Shown one piece after another: positions 52,144 through 61,225 of a DNA stretch of 63,924 bases (positions within the stretch are counted from its first letter, which is position 1; every line of letters starts with the position of its first letter). Source of the stretch: an uncultured Campylobacterales bacterium (GTDB taxonomy: Bacteria; Campylobacterota; Campylobacteria; Campylobacterales; Sulfurospirillaceae). The notes beneath the pieces were generated by a model. That model was given only the letters and a program-made list of their open reading frames with translations, did no database searches and was not told the origin of the DNA. Made by a program: the position numbers and the translations under genes. Location of the stretch: NCBI GenBank assembly GCA_964598135.1, contig CAZRAK010000001.1, positions 1 to 63,924 of the forward strand, in the 5' to 3' direction.

Positions 52144-52965
52144 TCATCCTTTTGAATTGTGAAACTTAAAGCCTTTTTCCATCTCTATGGACTCATCTCT
52201 ACCATATACAATAATCTCTTTATCTACCTCTATCTCTTCGGTATCAATTTTATTTGGATAATCTACAAAATTTAATATATGTTTTATGGTGTTTATCCTT
52301 GCTTTTTTCTTATCATCACTCTTTACTATTGTCCAAGGAGCATACTGTGTATGAGTAGAACTTAGCATCATAAACTTAGCCAAAGTGTATTCATTCCACA
52401 ATTTTTGAGACTCTTTATCTACACTTGAAAATTTATACTGCTTAAGAGGGTCTGTTTCTCTAGCTTTAAATCTTCTAGCTTGTTCATCTTTTGATACTGA
52501 AAAATAAAATTTAAATATCTTTGTACCACTCTCAACTATCATTCTCTCAAAATCAGGTGCATCTTTTAAAAATTTATGGTGTTCTCTCTCTGTACAAAAT
52601 CCCATCACTGGTTCAACCATAGCACGGTTATACCAACTTCTATCAAAAAGTACAATCTCTCCTGCACTTGGAAGATGTTTCGTGTATCTTTGAAAGTACC
52701 ATTGAGTACCCTCTTTTTCATTTGGCTTTTCAAGAGCCACTACTCTAGCACCTCTAGGATTTAGATGCTCAGTAACTCTTTTGATAGTTCCACCTTTACC
52801 AGCAGCATCTCTGCCTTCAAAAATTAGCAGATATTTTAAGCCTTTTTCTTTTACATAATTTTGAAACTTAAGAAGTTCAACTTGTAATTTTATCAACTCT
52901 TTTTCATATTTTAAACTCTCTTCTTTTACCCAAATTTGTACTTTCCCCTTATACTTATCAGACAT
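52144..52965 (-). CDS. ppk2: Polyphosphate kinase 2
   Basis: FEGRDAAGKGGTIK, QWYFQRY and FDRSWYNR. Confidence 0.95.
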   Translation of the reverse strand: MSDKYKGKVQIWVKEESLKYEKELIKLQVELLKFQNYVKEKGLKYLLIFEGRDAAGKGGTIKRVTEHLNPRGARVVALEKPNEKEGTQWYFQRYTKHLPSAGEIVLFDRSWYNRAMVEPVMGFCTEREHHKFLKDAPDFERMIVESGTKIFKFYFSVSKDEQARRFKARETDPLKQYKFSSVDKESQKLWNEYTLAKFMMLSSTHTQYAPWTIVKSDDKKKARINTIKHILNFVDYPNKIDTEEIEVDKEIIVYGRDESIEMEKGFKFHNSKG

Positions 52966-53035
52966 CGCCTCATCTCCTTTTGTTTAATTTTAGCATAAAA
53001 ACTCCATAAATTCAAAAATTTGGTATAATGCTCCT

Positions 53036-53761
53036 ATGAATATTAAGTTTTTAGGAACGGCTGATAGTGGCGGAATTCCATCACATAATTGTACCTGTAG
53101 CATTTGCAATATATACAGAAAAAAAGGTTTTATAAATCTTGCAACTTGTGCTTATTTAGAGTGTGAAAATGGTGAAATTATCCTACTTGATGCGGGAATT
53201 GAAAATATATCCACTATCTTTGATGGCAAAAATATAAAAGCAGTTCTTTTAACTCATTTTCATGCCGACCACTGCCTTGGATTACTGCGACTTAGATATA
53301 GTAGCGATAAAATAGATTGCTACCATCCAAAAAGTGATGGATTTTTAAATCTTTTTAAATTCAAAAAAGCTATAAGTTATATACAAAATACCCCTTTCGT
53401 GCCTATACATATAAATGAATTTACTTTTTATCCAATTCCTCTAGAGCACTCTGTAAATACAACAGGCTATCTCATCACAAACAAAAATAAAACTGTAGCT
53501 TATCTAACTGATTGTGCAGGAATAGACAAGGAAAGTATGGATTTTTTACTATCAAAAAAAATTGACATCTGCTATTTAGATGCTTGCTTGGCACCAAATT
53601 TTAATAATGGAAATCATTTAAACTATGAACAAGCTACTCTTATATTAGATAAAATCCAAGCTAAAAATTCATCCTTTATCCACGCTAGCCACTATACTTT
53701 AGAGTATATAAAACAAAACAAAATTTGTCTAAAGTATAATTATGAAAATATTACTGCTTGA
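53036..53761 (+). CDS. Metallo-beta-lactamase-fold hydrolase, PhnP-like
   Basis: LGTADSGGIP.HNCTCSIC and THFHADH. Confidence 0.8.
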   Translation: MNIKFLGTADSGGIPSHNCTCSICNIYRKKGFINLATCAYLECENGEIILLDAGIENISTIFDGKNIKAVLLTHFHADHCLGLLRLRYSSDKIDCYHPKSDGFLNLFKFKKAISYIQNTPFVPIHINEFTFYPIPLEHSVNTTGYLITNKNKTVAYLTDCAGIDKESMDFLLSKKIDICYLDACLAPNFNNGNHLNYEQATLILDKIQAKNSSFIHASHYTLEYIKQNKICLKYNYENITA

Positions 53762-54371
53762 AGACGACAAAAACCTTCATGCGAGCCTGAAGGCTTACTT
53801 TGAACTTGAAAACTTTGAAGTTGTAAGCGCTTATGATAGTGAGGATGTCTATAATCTTAGCTTTAAAGAGAACTTTGATTTATATATTTTTGATGTAAAT
53901 GTTCCTGGTGACAATGGCTTTGAAATTTTAAAATCTTTAAAAAATGCAAAAGATTATACACCTACTATTTACATAACCGCACTAACCGATATAGCTTCGA
54001 TAGGACTAGGTTTTGATGCTGGTGCTGATGATTATATCAAAAAGCCATTTGACCCCGAAGAGTTAGTTCTTCGTATAAAAAATAGATACCAAAAAGATAA
54101 AATTCTAAATTATAAGAATATATCCTACAATATCAACTCCAAAGAGATAATAAAAGAGGGAAAGATTATATTGCTAGGTGAAGTATTATCCAACCTTTTT
54201 CATACACTTTTTATCAATAAAAATAAAATAGTGCCAACTCAGATCTTGTATGATTTACTAGAGAATCCAAATCCAAACGCCCTTCGTGTAAATCTTAGTA
54301 AATTAAAATCTAAACTAAATTTAGATATAAAAAATATCAGAAATGTAGGATATATGCTTGAAGAATCATGA
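53742..54371 (+). CDS. OmpR-family response regulator (CrdR-like)
   Basis: LLEDD, DVNVP, GADDYIKKPF and winged helix. Confidence 0.88.
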   Translation: MKILLLEDDKNLHASLKAYFELENFEVVSAYDSEDVYNLSFKENFDLYIFDVNVPGDNGFEILKSLKNAKDYTPTIYITALTDIASIGLGFDAGADDYIKKPFDPEELVLRIKNRYQKDKILNYKNISYNINSKEIIKEGKIILLGEVLSNLFHTLFINKNKIVPTQILYDLLENPNPNALRVNLSKLKSKLNLDIKNIRNVGYMLEES

Positions 54372-55395
54372 AAAAGAGGCTTTTTTAAAGAGTTTTATAC
54401 TCTTTTTTATAGTTGGATTAGTTTTTCTCTTTGTTGCTATGTATCAACACTACTATAAAAAACTCCACGATTATGATATGCAAGTTGAGTCTAATATCAT
54501 ACAATGTCATTTAAACTCTTCTTGCAAAACTTTTAAAATTAGTCAAGTTTTTAATATTAAAAACAAAAAACTTCATCAACTATATAAAGACAAAAGCATA
54601 TATATACTTTTTAAAAAAAAGATTGGTTTTAAAAAAATTGAACTCCCAGTAAAAACTTATATACGCAATAGAAAAAATATCGTTTGGTTTTTAACAAAAG
54701 AGCTTTTTATATATTTTATACTACTTATTATAGTCTCAATCTTTTTTGCTTACTATACAATTGGACCATATAAAAAAGCTCTTTTGTTAAATGAAGAGTT
54801 TGTTAAAGATGTTTTACATGATTTTAACACTCCTTTGTCTTCACTTAAAATTAACCTTAAGATTTTAAAGAAAAAATTTGGTGAAGATGAAGCGATAAAT
54901 AGGAGTGATGATGCTATTAAAAATATACTATACCTACAAGATAATTTACGATATTTTTTAAACAAAAGTCAATTACAAAGTGAGATAATAAACTTAAAAC
55001 TTCTTATAAATGAAAGATTTGAATATTTTCACTCCATGTATCCTACTATCAAATTTAAAAATAGTGTAAAGAGTATTAATATCCATACAAATAAAATAAT
55101 TTTTTTAAGGATAATAGACAATATAATAGGCAATGCTTGCAAATACAACAGACAAAATGGCACTATACAAATATCATTTATCAAAAATTCACTCTACATT
55201 GAAGATAGTGGTATTGGCATCAGTAATTCCAAAAGAATTTTTGATAGAGGATACAAAGAGGGGAAGATAGGTACTGGTATCGGGCTTCATATTGTCCAAA
55301 AACTCTGCCATGATTTAAGCATCCCTATAAAAGTAAAAAGCACCATAAATATAGGTTCTGTTTTTATATTAAACATAAAAAACATCATAAAGTAA
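54358..55395 (+). CDS. Sensor histidine kinase (CrdS-like)
   Basis: 2 TM, LHDFNTPL, NACKYN, DSGIGI and GIGL. Confidence 0.87.
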   Translation: MKNHEKEAFLKSFILFFIVGLVFLFVAMYQHYYKKLHDYDMQVESNIIQCHLNSSCKTFKISQVFNIKNKKLHQLYKDKSIYILFKKKIGFKKIELPVKTYIRNRKNIVWFLTKELFIYFILLIIVSIFFAYYTIGPYKKALLLNEEFVKDVLHDFNTPLSSLKINLKILKKKFGEDEAINRSDDAIKNILYLQDNLRYFLNKSQLQSEIINLKLLINERFEYFHSMYPTIKFKNSVKSINIHTNKIIFLRIIDNIIGNACKYNRQNGTIQISFIKNSLYIEDSGIGISNSKRIFDRGYKEGKIGTGIGLHIVQKLCHDLSIPIKVKSTINIGSVFILNIKNIIK

Positions 55396-55423
55396 TGTTC
55401 AAGTAATACTCAAATGTTATGAT
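55390..55423 (+). promoter_or_regulatory. Tandem direct-repeat regulator site plus extended -10 for SHOCT-copA
   Basis: AAGTAATGTTC / AAGTAATACTC (11-bp period), then TGtTATGAT. Confidence 0.5.
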
Positions 55424-55482
55424 TTTATATCAAAACATTGAATGACTTCATTGGTTTGTATTAACTAAAGAAAGGATATAAA

Positions 55483-55692
55483 ATGATGGAAGGATTTAGC
55501 ATGGGAGGATGGGAGTTTGGTATGGGTCTTATGTGGCTAGTGCCAATACTATTTATCGTCGCTTTAGTCTATTTTTTAAAAAGTAGCGATAAGCAAGAGT
55601 GGCTATCAGTCAATGATATCTTAGATATAAGATTCGCAAATGGCGAGATAGGCGAAGAAGAGTATAAAAGAAAAAAAGAGATAATCAAATAA
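55483..55692 (+). CDS. Small SHOCT-domain membrane protein
   Basis: Met/Gly N-terminus, 1 TM and ILDIRFANGEIGEEEY. Confidence 0.82.
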   Translation: MMEGFSMGGWEFGMGLMWLVPILFIVALVYFLKSSDKQEWLSVNDILDIRFANGEIGEEEYKRKKEIIK

Positions 55693-55705
55693 TAGGAGGT
55701 GTGAG

Positions 55706-58021
55706 ATGCATAAACACGAACACAAACAAAAACATGAGCATGAACATAAAGAAAATGAATATTGCGTAGACGATTCTTGCGATATAGTTGGACACAAATT
55801 TTATACTTGCCCTATGCATCCAGAGATTCACCAAAAGAGTCCTGGAAACTGTCCAAAATGCGGTATGACATTGGAAAAAGAGGTAGAAGCACTACCAACA
55901 GTATCGACAAAATACACTTGCCCAATGCACCCAGAAATCATAGAAGATAGTCCTGGAAACTGTCCAAAATGCGGTATGTCACTAGAGCCTATCACCGTTG
56001 AGGCAGAGGATGAAAATGAAGAATTAGTTTATATGACCAAGAGATTTTGGGTTAGTGTTATACTAGCATTTCCAGTTTTTTTGATAGCCATGGTTGCTGA
56101 TTTAGCTCCAAGCTACTTGCCCACAAATTTTACACATCAGGGTATACAATGGTTTGAATTTATACTTGCTTCACCTGTTGTGCTTTGGGCTGGATGGCCA
56201 TTTTTTGTACGAGGATACAACTCTATTAAAACTTGGAATTTAAATATGTTTACTCTTATCGCCATTGGCGTAGGAGCGGCTTATATTTATAGTCTAATCG
56301 CACTATTTTTACCTGAAATTTTTCCTCCTCTAATGCAAGGGAAAGAGGGCTTAGTAGCAGTATATTTTGAAGCAGCAGCAGTTATCACAACACTTGTTCT
56401 TTTAGGTCAGGTTTTAGAATTAAGAGCTAGAAGCAAAACAAATACAGCTATAAAAACCCTGTTAAATCTAGCACCAAAGATAGCTCATCGTATCGTAGAT
56501 GATAATGGAAATGAAGAGGATGTTAATTTAGAGCAAATAGTAGTCGGTGATAAACTAAGAATCAAACCAGGTGAAAAGATACCCATTGATGGAGTTGTGG
56601 TAGATGGAAATAGCAACATTGATGAATCTATGATAACGGGTGAGCCTTTGGTAGTGACAAAATTAAAAGGTGATTTGGTAATAGGGGCCACTTTAAATAA
56701 AAATGGAACCATAATAGTAGAAGCCAAAAAAGTTGGAAGCGACACAATGCTCTCTCAAATAGTTCAAATGGTATCACAAGCACAACGCTCAAGAGCCCCA
56801 ATTCAACAACTAGCAGATACGGTTTCAAGCTTTTTTGTACCAGCTGTTGTGATATCTTCCGTCTTAGCATTTATCGGCTGGTGGTTTTTAGGACCAACAC
56901 CTCAATTAGCCTATGCAGTAGTTGCTGCCGTTGCTGTTCTCATCATCGCTTGTCCTTGTGCACTTGGTCTCGCAACTCCTATTTCTATAATGGTAGGAAC
57001 TGGTAGAGCTGCACTTTCAGGTATATTGATAAAAGATGCAAAAACACTAGAGAGGATGGAAAAAGTAGATACCTTGGTTGTTGATAAAACAGGAACTCTT
57101 ACAGAGGGAAAACCAAAAGTTACGAGTCTACATATAGAAGATGGTTTTAGCCAAAATGATATCTTGTTGTACGCAGGAAGCCTAGAGCGAGCAAGCGAAC
57201 ATCCCTTGGCTGAAGCAATTATTGAGTATACCAAAGAAAAAGGTATTGCTTTAGTTAATGTAGAAAATTTTGAAGCGGTGATTGGTAAAGGCATAATTGG
57301 AAATATCAATGAAAAACAAGTAGTTATCGGTAGTGAAAGTTTTCTAGAAAGCTTAGATACTTCTGTTGAGAATATAAAAGAAAAAGCCAACATCTTACGA
57401 AAAGAGGGTAAAGGTGTTGTTTTTATGGCTGTTGATGGAAAATTTAGTGCGATTATCGGCATTGAAGACCCTATTAAAAAAACTTCAGCACAAGCTGTTA
57501 AAAAATTGCAAGCTGAGGGCATAAAAGTGGTTATGTTAAGTGGGGATAACGAGACTACTGCAAAGGCTGTAGCTTCAAAATTAAATATTGATGAAGTTTA
57601 TGCAAATGTTCTACCTGATGGCAAAGCAAATGTCGTAAACAGATTAAAAGATTCTGGCGCTATTGTCGCTATGGCAGGAGATGGCATCAATGATGCACCC
57701 GCTCTTGCTGCGGCAGATGTCGGAATTGCTATGGGAACAGGTACGGATGTCGCCATACAAAGTGCTGGAGTCACTTTAATCAAAGGCGATTTATTGGGGA
57801 TTTTAAAAGTGATAAAACTTAGCCGTGCTACTATGAAAAATATAAGACAAAATCTATTTTTTGCCTTTATTTATAATAGTGCGGGTGTTCCTATTGCAGC
57901 AGGGGTTTTATACCCTGTTTTTGGAATACTTTTATCTCCTGTTATCGCAGCAGCAGCTATGAGTTTTAGCTCAGTTTCTGTTATTGCAAATGCTCTTCGC
58001 TTAAAAAATGTAAAAATTTAA
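55706..58021 (+). CDS. copA: Copper-exporting P1B ATPase with His-rich tail and two YTCPMHP domains
   Basis: CPCALG, DKTGT, SEHP, GDGIND, YN..P and MSFSS. Confidence 0.9.
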   Translation: MHKHEHKQKHEHEHKENEYCVDDSCDIVGHKFYTCPMHPEIHQKSPGNCPKCGMTLEKEVEALPTVSTKYTCPMHPEIIEDSPGNCPKCGMSLEPITVEAEDENEELVYMTKRFWVSVILAFPVFLIAMVADLAPSYLPTNFTHQGIQWFEFILASPVVLWAGWPFFVRGYNSIKTWNLNMFTLIAIGVGAAYIYSLIALFLPEIFPPLMQGKEGLVAVYFEAAAVITTLVLLGQVLELRARSKTNTAIKTLLNLAPKIAHRIVDDNGNEEDVNLEQIVVGDKLRIKPGEKIPIDGVVVDGNSNIDESMITGEPLVVTKLKGDLVIGATLNKNGTIIVEAKKVGSDTMLSQIVQMVSQAQRSRAPIQQLADTVSSFFVPAVVISSVLAFIGWWFLGPTPQLAYAVVAAVAVLIIACPCALGLATPISIMVGTGRAALSGILIKDAKTLERMEKVDTLVVDKTGTLTEGKPKVTSLHIEDGFSQNDILLYAGSLERASEHPLAEAIIEYTKEKGIALVNVENFEAVIGKGIIGNINEKQVVIGSESFLESLDTSVENIKEKANILRKEGKGVVFMAVDGKFSAIIGIEDPIKKTSAQAVKKLQAEGIKVVMLSGDNETTAKAVASKLNIDEVYANVLPDGKANVVNRLKDSGAIVAMAGDGINDAPALAAADVGIAMGTGTDVAIQSAGVTLIKGDLLGILKVIKLSRATMKNIRQNLFFAFIYNSAGVPIAAGVLYPVFGILLSPVIAAAAMSFSSVSVIANALRLKNVKI

Positions 58022-58032
58022 ACACTAATATT

Positions 58033-58071
58033 TTAACTCACTTTATTGTTTTTTACAATAGAGTGAGTTAA
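58033..58071. terminator. Long hairpin downstream of copA
   Basis: TTAACTCACTTTATTGT-TTTTT-ACAATAGAGTGAGTTAA. Confidence 0.6.
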
Positions 58072-58236
58072 CCGTTGGTTTACCTTAACTTCATATACTT
58101 TCATCAGCTAATATATTTCTCTTTGAAAAATATATGGTAAAGGTATTGCCAAGCATCTTTCCCATATATTTTTCCAAACCTCTATCTTAAAACTTTCATC
58201 TTATCTTTATCTAAAAAGAGTTATCATCCTTGTATC

Positions 58237-59226
58237 ATGAAGTATTTTATAAAATTACTGAATAAAAAGATAAAATGTCTGCTATGTCGGCACTATTGCA
58301 AATTAAGAGATAAACAAATTGGAATTTGCGGTGTAAATGAAAATAAAAATGGCAAACTAAAAACCCTTGTTTATGCTCACCCTAGTGCACTTAATCTTGA
58401 CCCAATCGAAAAAAAACCTATCTATCACATCCTTCCAAACTCTACCTCTTTGTCTTTTGGGACAGTTGGGTGTAATTTCAAGTGCCCTTTTTGTCAAAAT
58501 TGGGAAATATCTCAAGAAAGAGCAATAAATAAAGAGATGAAAATAAGCCCTGAACAGATGGTAGATTTGGCAATCAAAAATAGTGCTGAATCTATCGCTT
58601 ACACATATAATGAACCAACTATTTTTTATCCATATGCAAAGGATATTGGTTTGATTGCCAAAGAAAAAGGAATCAAAAATATATTTGTCACAAATGGATT
58701 TGAGTCCGAAGAGCTCATACAAGATATGCAAAGTTGGCTTGATGGTGCAAATATTGATTTAAAAAGTTGGGACGAAAATTATTATAAAAAATTCTTAAAA
58801 GGTGGACTAACTGCTGTAAAGGAGACAATTAAAAGTATGGTCAAACTTGGCATTTGGGTAGAAATCACCACTCTTATCATAGAGGGTAAAAATGATAGTG
58901 ACGAAGATTTGAAGGGAATGGCTGATTTTATAGCAAACGAATTAGGTAGACATGTGCCTTGGCATCTAAGTGCTTTTCATCCTAGTTATAAGATGCAAAA
59001 TCACCAAAGAACAAGCACAAAAACACTTAAAAGAGCCTACAAAATAGCAAAAGATGCTGGACTTTGGTATATCTATCTTGGCAATACAAATATAGATACC
59101 AATACCATTTGTCCAAAATGTGGTACAATTTTAATTCAAAGAGGTGGCTACGGAATGAACAAGGTTGATATAATCAATGGAGTTTGCCCAAAATGCAGTA
59201 GAAAAATAGAAGGTATATGGCAATGA
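58237..59226 (+). CDS. amrS: AmmeMemoRadiSam system radical SAM enzyme
   Basis: DPIEKKP, CNFKCPFCQNW and YTYNEP; adjacent to MEMO1 homolog. Confidence 0.9.
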   Translation: MKYFIKLLNKKIKCLLCRHYCKLRDKQIGICGVNENKNGKLKTLVYAHPSALNLDPIEKKPIYHILPNSTSLSFGTVGCNFKCPFCQNWEISQERAINKEMKISPEQMVDLAIKNSAESIAYTYNEPTIFYPYAKDIGLIAKEKGIKNIFVTNGFESEELIQDMQSWLDGANIDLKSWDENYYKKFLKGGLTAVKETIKSMVKLGIWVEITTLIIEGKNDSDEDLKGMADFIANELGRHVPWHLSAFHPSYKMQNHQRTSTKTLKRAYKIAKDAGLWYIYLGNTNIDTNTICPKCGTILIQRGGYGMNKVDIINGVCPKCSRKIEGIWQ

Positions 59227-60020
59227 GTACAAGAAAAACTATTGTTGCGGGACAGTTTTATCCGCAAAAACCAAAAGAATTAAAAGAGACTTTTTTAGCA
59301 TTTGAAAAAATCATCAATGAAAATATCAAAGATAAAGATACTCTAAGTATAAAATCAAATGTTATTATAGTTCCACACGCAGGCTACATCTATTCTGGGC
59401 TCACAGCTGACATCGCTTTTAGACTTTTAAAAAATTATAAACCAAAAACTATTGTTGTCATAGGTCCTAGTCACCGTGTTTATCTTGATGGCACAAGTGT
59501 TTCTTTGCATGATACATACGAAACACCACTTGGCTTGGTTCGTATTGATAAAAACTTAGCAAAAACTCTTATAGAAGAATTTGATATGCAGTTTCTTAAA
59601 GATGCTCACAGTGAACACAGCACAGAAGTGCAAATGCCTTTCATAAAAAATTATCTACCAAATGCCTCTGTAGTAGAGCTAGTATATGGAAAAGAGAGAC
59701 CAAAAAATCTCGCCCTTGCAATCAAATTAATCTTGCAAAACCCAGATAATGCAGTAGTAATTAGCACAGATTTAAGTCACTATTATAGCCTTAATAAAGC
59801 AAATGCACTAGATAGCTTATGCCTAAAAGCCATACAAGACTTAGATTCCAAAAAACTACACAACAATTGTGAGGCCTGTGGGAAAATAGGTCTAGAAGCC
59901 ATATTGATATATGCAAAAAATACAAACTTAAAGCCAAAACTACTAGATTACAGAACAAGTGCTGACACAAATGGCGATAAAACACAAGTAGTAGGATATA
60001 CAAGTATAGCATTTGTCTAA
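59223..60020 (+). CDS. amrB: AmmeMemoRadiSam system protein B (MEMO1 family)
   Basis: VAGQFYP, PHAGYIYSG, GPSH, EHSTEVQMPF, STDLSHY and ACG. Confidence 0.9.
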   Translation: MSTRKTIVAGQFYPQKPKELKETFLAFEKIINENIKDKDTLSIKSNVIIVPHAGYIYSGLTADIAFRLLKNYKPKTIVVIGPSHRVYLDGTSVSLHDTYETPLGLVRIDKNLAKTLIEEFDMQFLKDAHSEHSTEVQMPFIKNYLPNASVVELVYGKERPKNLALAIKLILQNPDNAVVISTDLSHYYSLNKANALDSLCLKAIQDLDSKKLHNNCEACGKIGLEAILIYAKNTNLKPKLLDYRTSADTNGDKTQVVGYTSIAFV

Positions 60021-60050
60021 TATTTAATATATTTATGTTAGAATATCACT

Positions 60051-60554
60051 ATGAAATTTTTAGAAAACACAAAACTCAAAGATAAGATATTAAAATTTGT
60101 ATTTAAAACCTCAAATCAACCTATAAGATTTAAGGATTTACTAGTTGCAAATGCCTACCATAATGAGGGCATGCATGTAGACCCTGAAAAGCTAGGTTTT
60201 AGAATGATAATTAAAAATGCTTATATAATTTATGCAATAGTTTGTACTATTGTTTTTATACCACTACTCGCTTTAACCCACAAACTCTTTGAAAATATAG
60301 ATTTTCATGCTTCAATTATAAGTACAGCGGTAATAACTTCTGCTTTTTTTATAGGTTTTCAATATTTTCATGCTTGCATAAAAGATAAAATGGCAAAAAG
60401 TAGAATCAAGGAAGCTTGGTCCATACATTTTCCATATTTTAGCTACGAGAAATATAGTAAAAAAGTGGAAGATATTTTTAATACTGCTATGAAGAAAGAG
60501 ATTAAAAAAAATGATCTACAATCTTATGTGATGAGCAAATTAGCCGAAGAATAG
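60051..60554 (+). CDS. Hypothetical 2-TM membrane protein
   Basis: Clean ORF, two hydrophobic segments, own promoter. Confidence 0.7.
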   Translation: MKFLENTKLKDKILKFVFKTSNQPIRFKDLLVANAYHNEGMHVDPEKLGFRMIIKNAYIIYAIVCTIVFIPLLALTHKLFENIDFHASIISTAVITSAFFIGFQYFHACIKDKMAKSRIKEAWSIHFPYFSYEKYSKKVEDIFNTAMKKEIKKNDLQSYVMSKLAEE

Positions 60555-60848
60555 CGGGTTTGCAACTCTTTTTTATTTTTATCTATTTCTAAATAATTTT
60601 TTTAATTAAAGTTACTCTTATTTTTTTTATAATTTTTAAAAAATCTTTTTTGCCCTATAATTTGTTTCACATATTTTTATCTATTCAAACAAAAAAATAA
60701 CAGTTTAAATCCTATTAAATAAGAATTATAAAATAAAAAATAAAAGTTATAAACACTATTTAACATACTTTTTTGCCCCTTTTTTCATTTACTTTGCATT
60801 TATATTTCAGGGGTAGAATTCTCTCGAAATAAAAAAAAAGGAATAAAA

Positions 60849-61169
60849 ATGAAAAAAATTTCATTGTCATTAGCATTTCTAGTTATTAGTTCTACTTATG
60901 TATTTGCAAGTAGTCCTATCTCAAATGGTGAGAAAATATACAAATCTAACCAGTGTGCAAGTTGTCATGGTGTAAATGCAGAGAAACATGCATTAAATTC
61001 ATCCAAGATTATTAAAAATATGTCTCTTGATAGTCTAATTGATGAACTTAAAGAGCATAGAGAACAAAAATCTACAGAAGTTTTAGCAAAGGCTATGGAT
61101 ATTCAAGTAAAAGGCTTCACTGACGAACAGATAGAAGATGTATCAAAATACATTAAAACATTAAAATAA
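60849..61169 (+). CDS. Periplasmic monoheme cytochrome c (c553-like)
   Basis: Signal peptide, CASCH and distal Met (AKAMDIQV). Confidence 0.88.
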   Translation: MKKISLSLAFLVISSTYVFASSPISNGEKIYKSNQCASCHGVNAEKHALNSSKIIKNMSLDSLIDELKEHREQKSTEVLAKAMDIQVKGFTDEQIEDVSKYIKTLK

Positions 61170-61185
61170 TATACCATTATTAAAA

Positions 61186-61213
61186 CAAGATAAGAAATAC
61201 TTTTCTTATCTTG
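61186..61213. terminator. Hairpin between convergent cytochrome c and polA
   Basis: CAAGATAAGAAA-TACT-TTTCTTATCTTG. Confidence 0.65.
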
Positions 61214-61225
61214 CCAACTTATTAT

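Noticed and set aside
56911-57522. Antisense and nested ORFs in the track (e.g. this 203-aa ORF, 46233-46697, 19141-19629, 39209-39403)
   Set aside because: Shadows of well-supported genes on the opposite strand or frame, with no motifs or RBS.
60555-60848. Very AT-rich 290-bp intergenic region as origin or ncRNA
   Set aside because: No DnaA-box cluster, clear repeat or stable structure visible; consistent with a promoter region.
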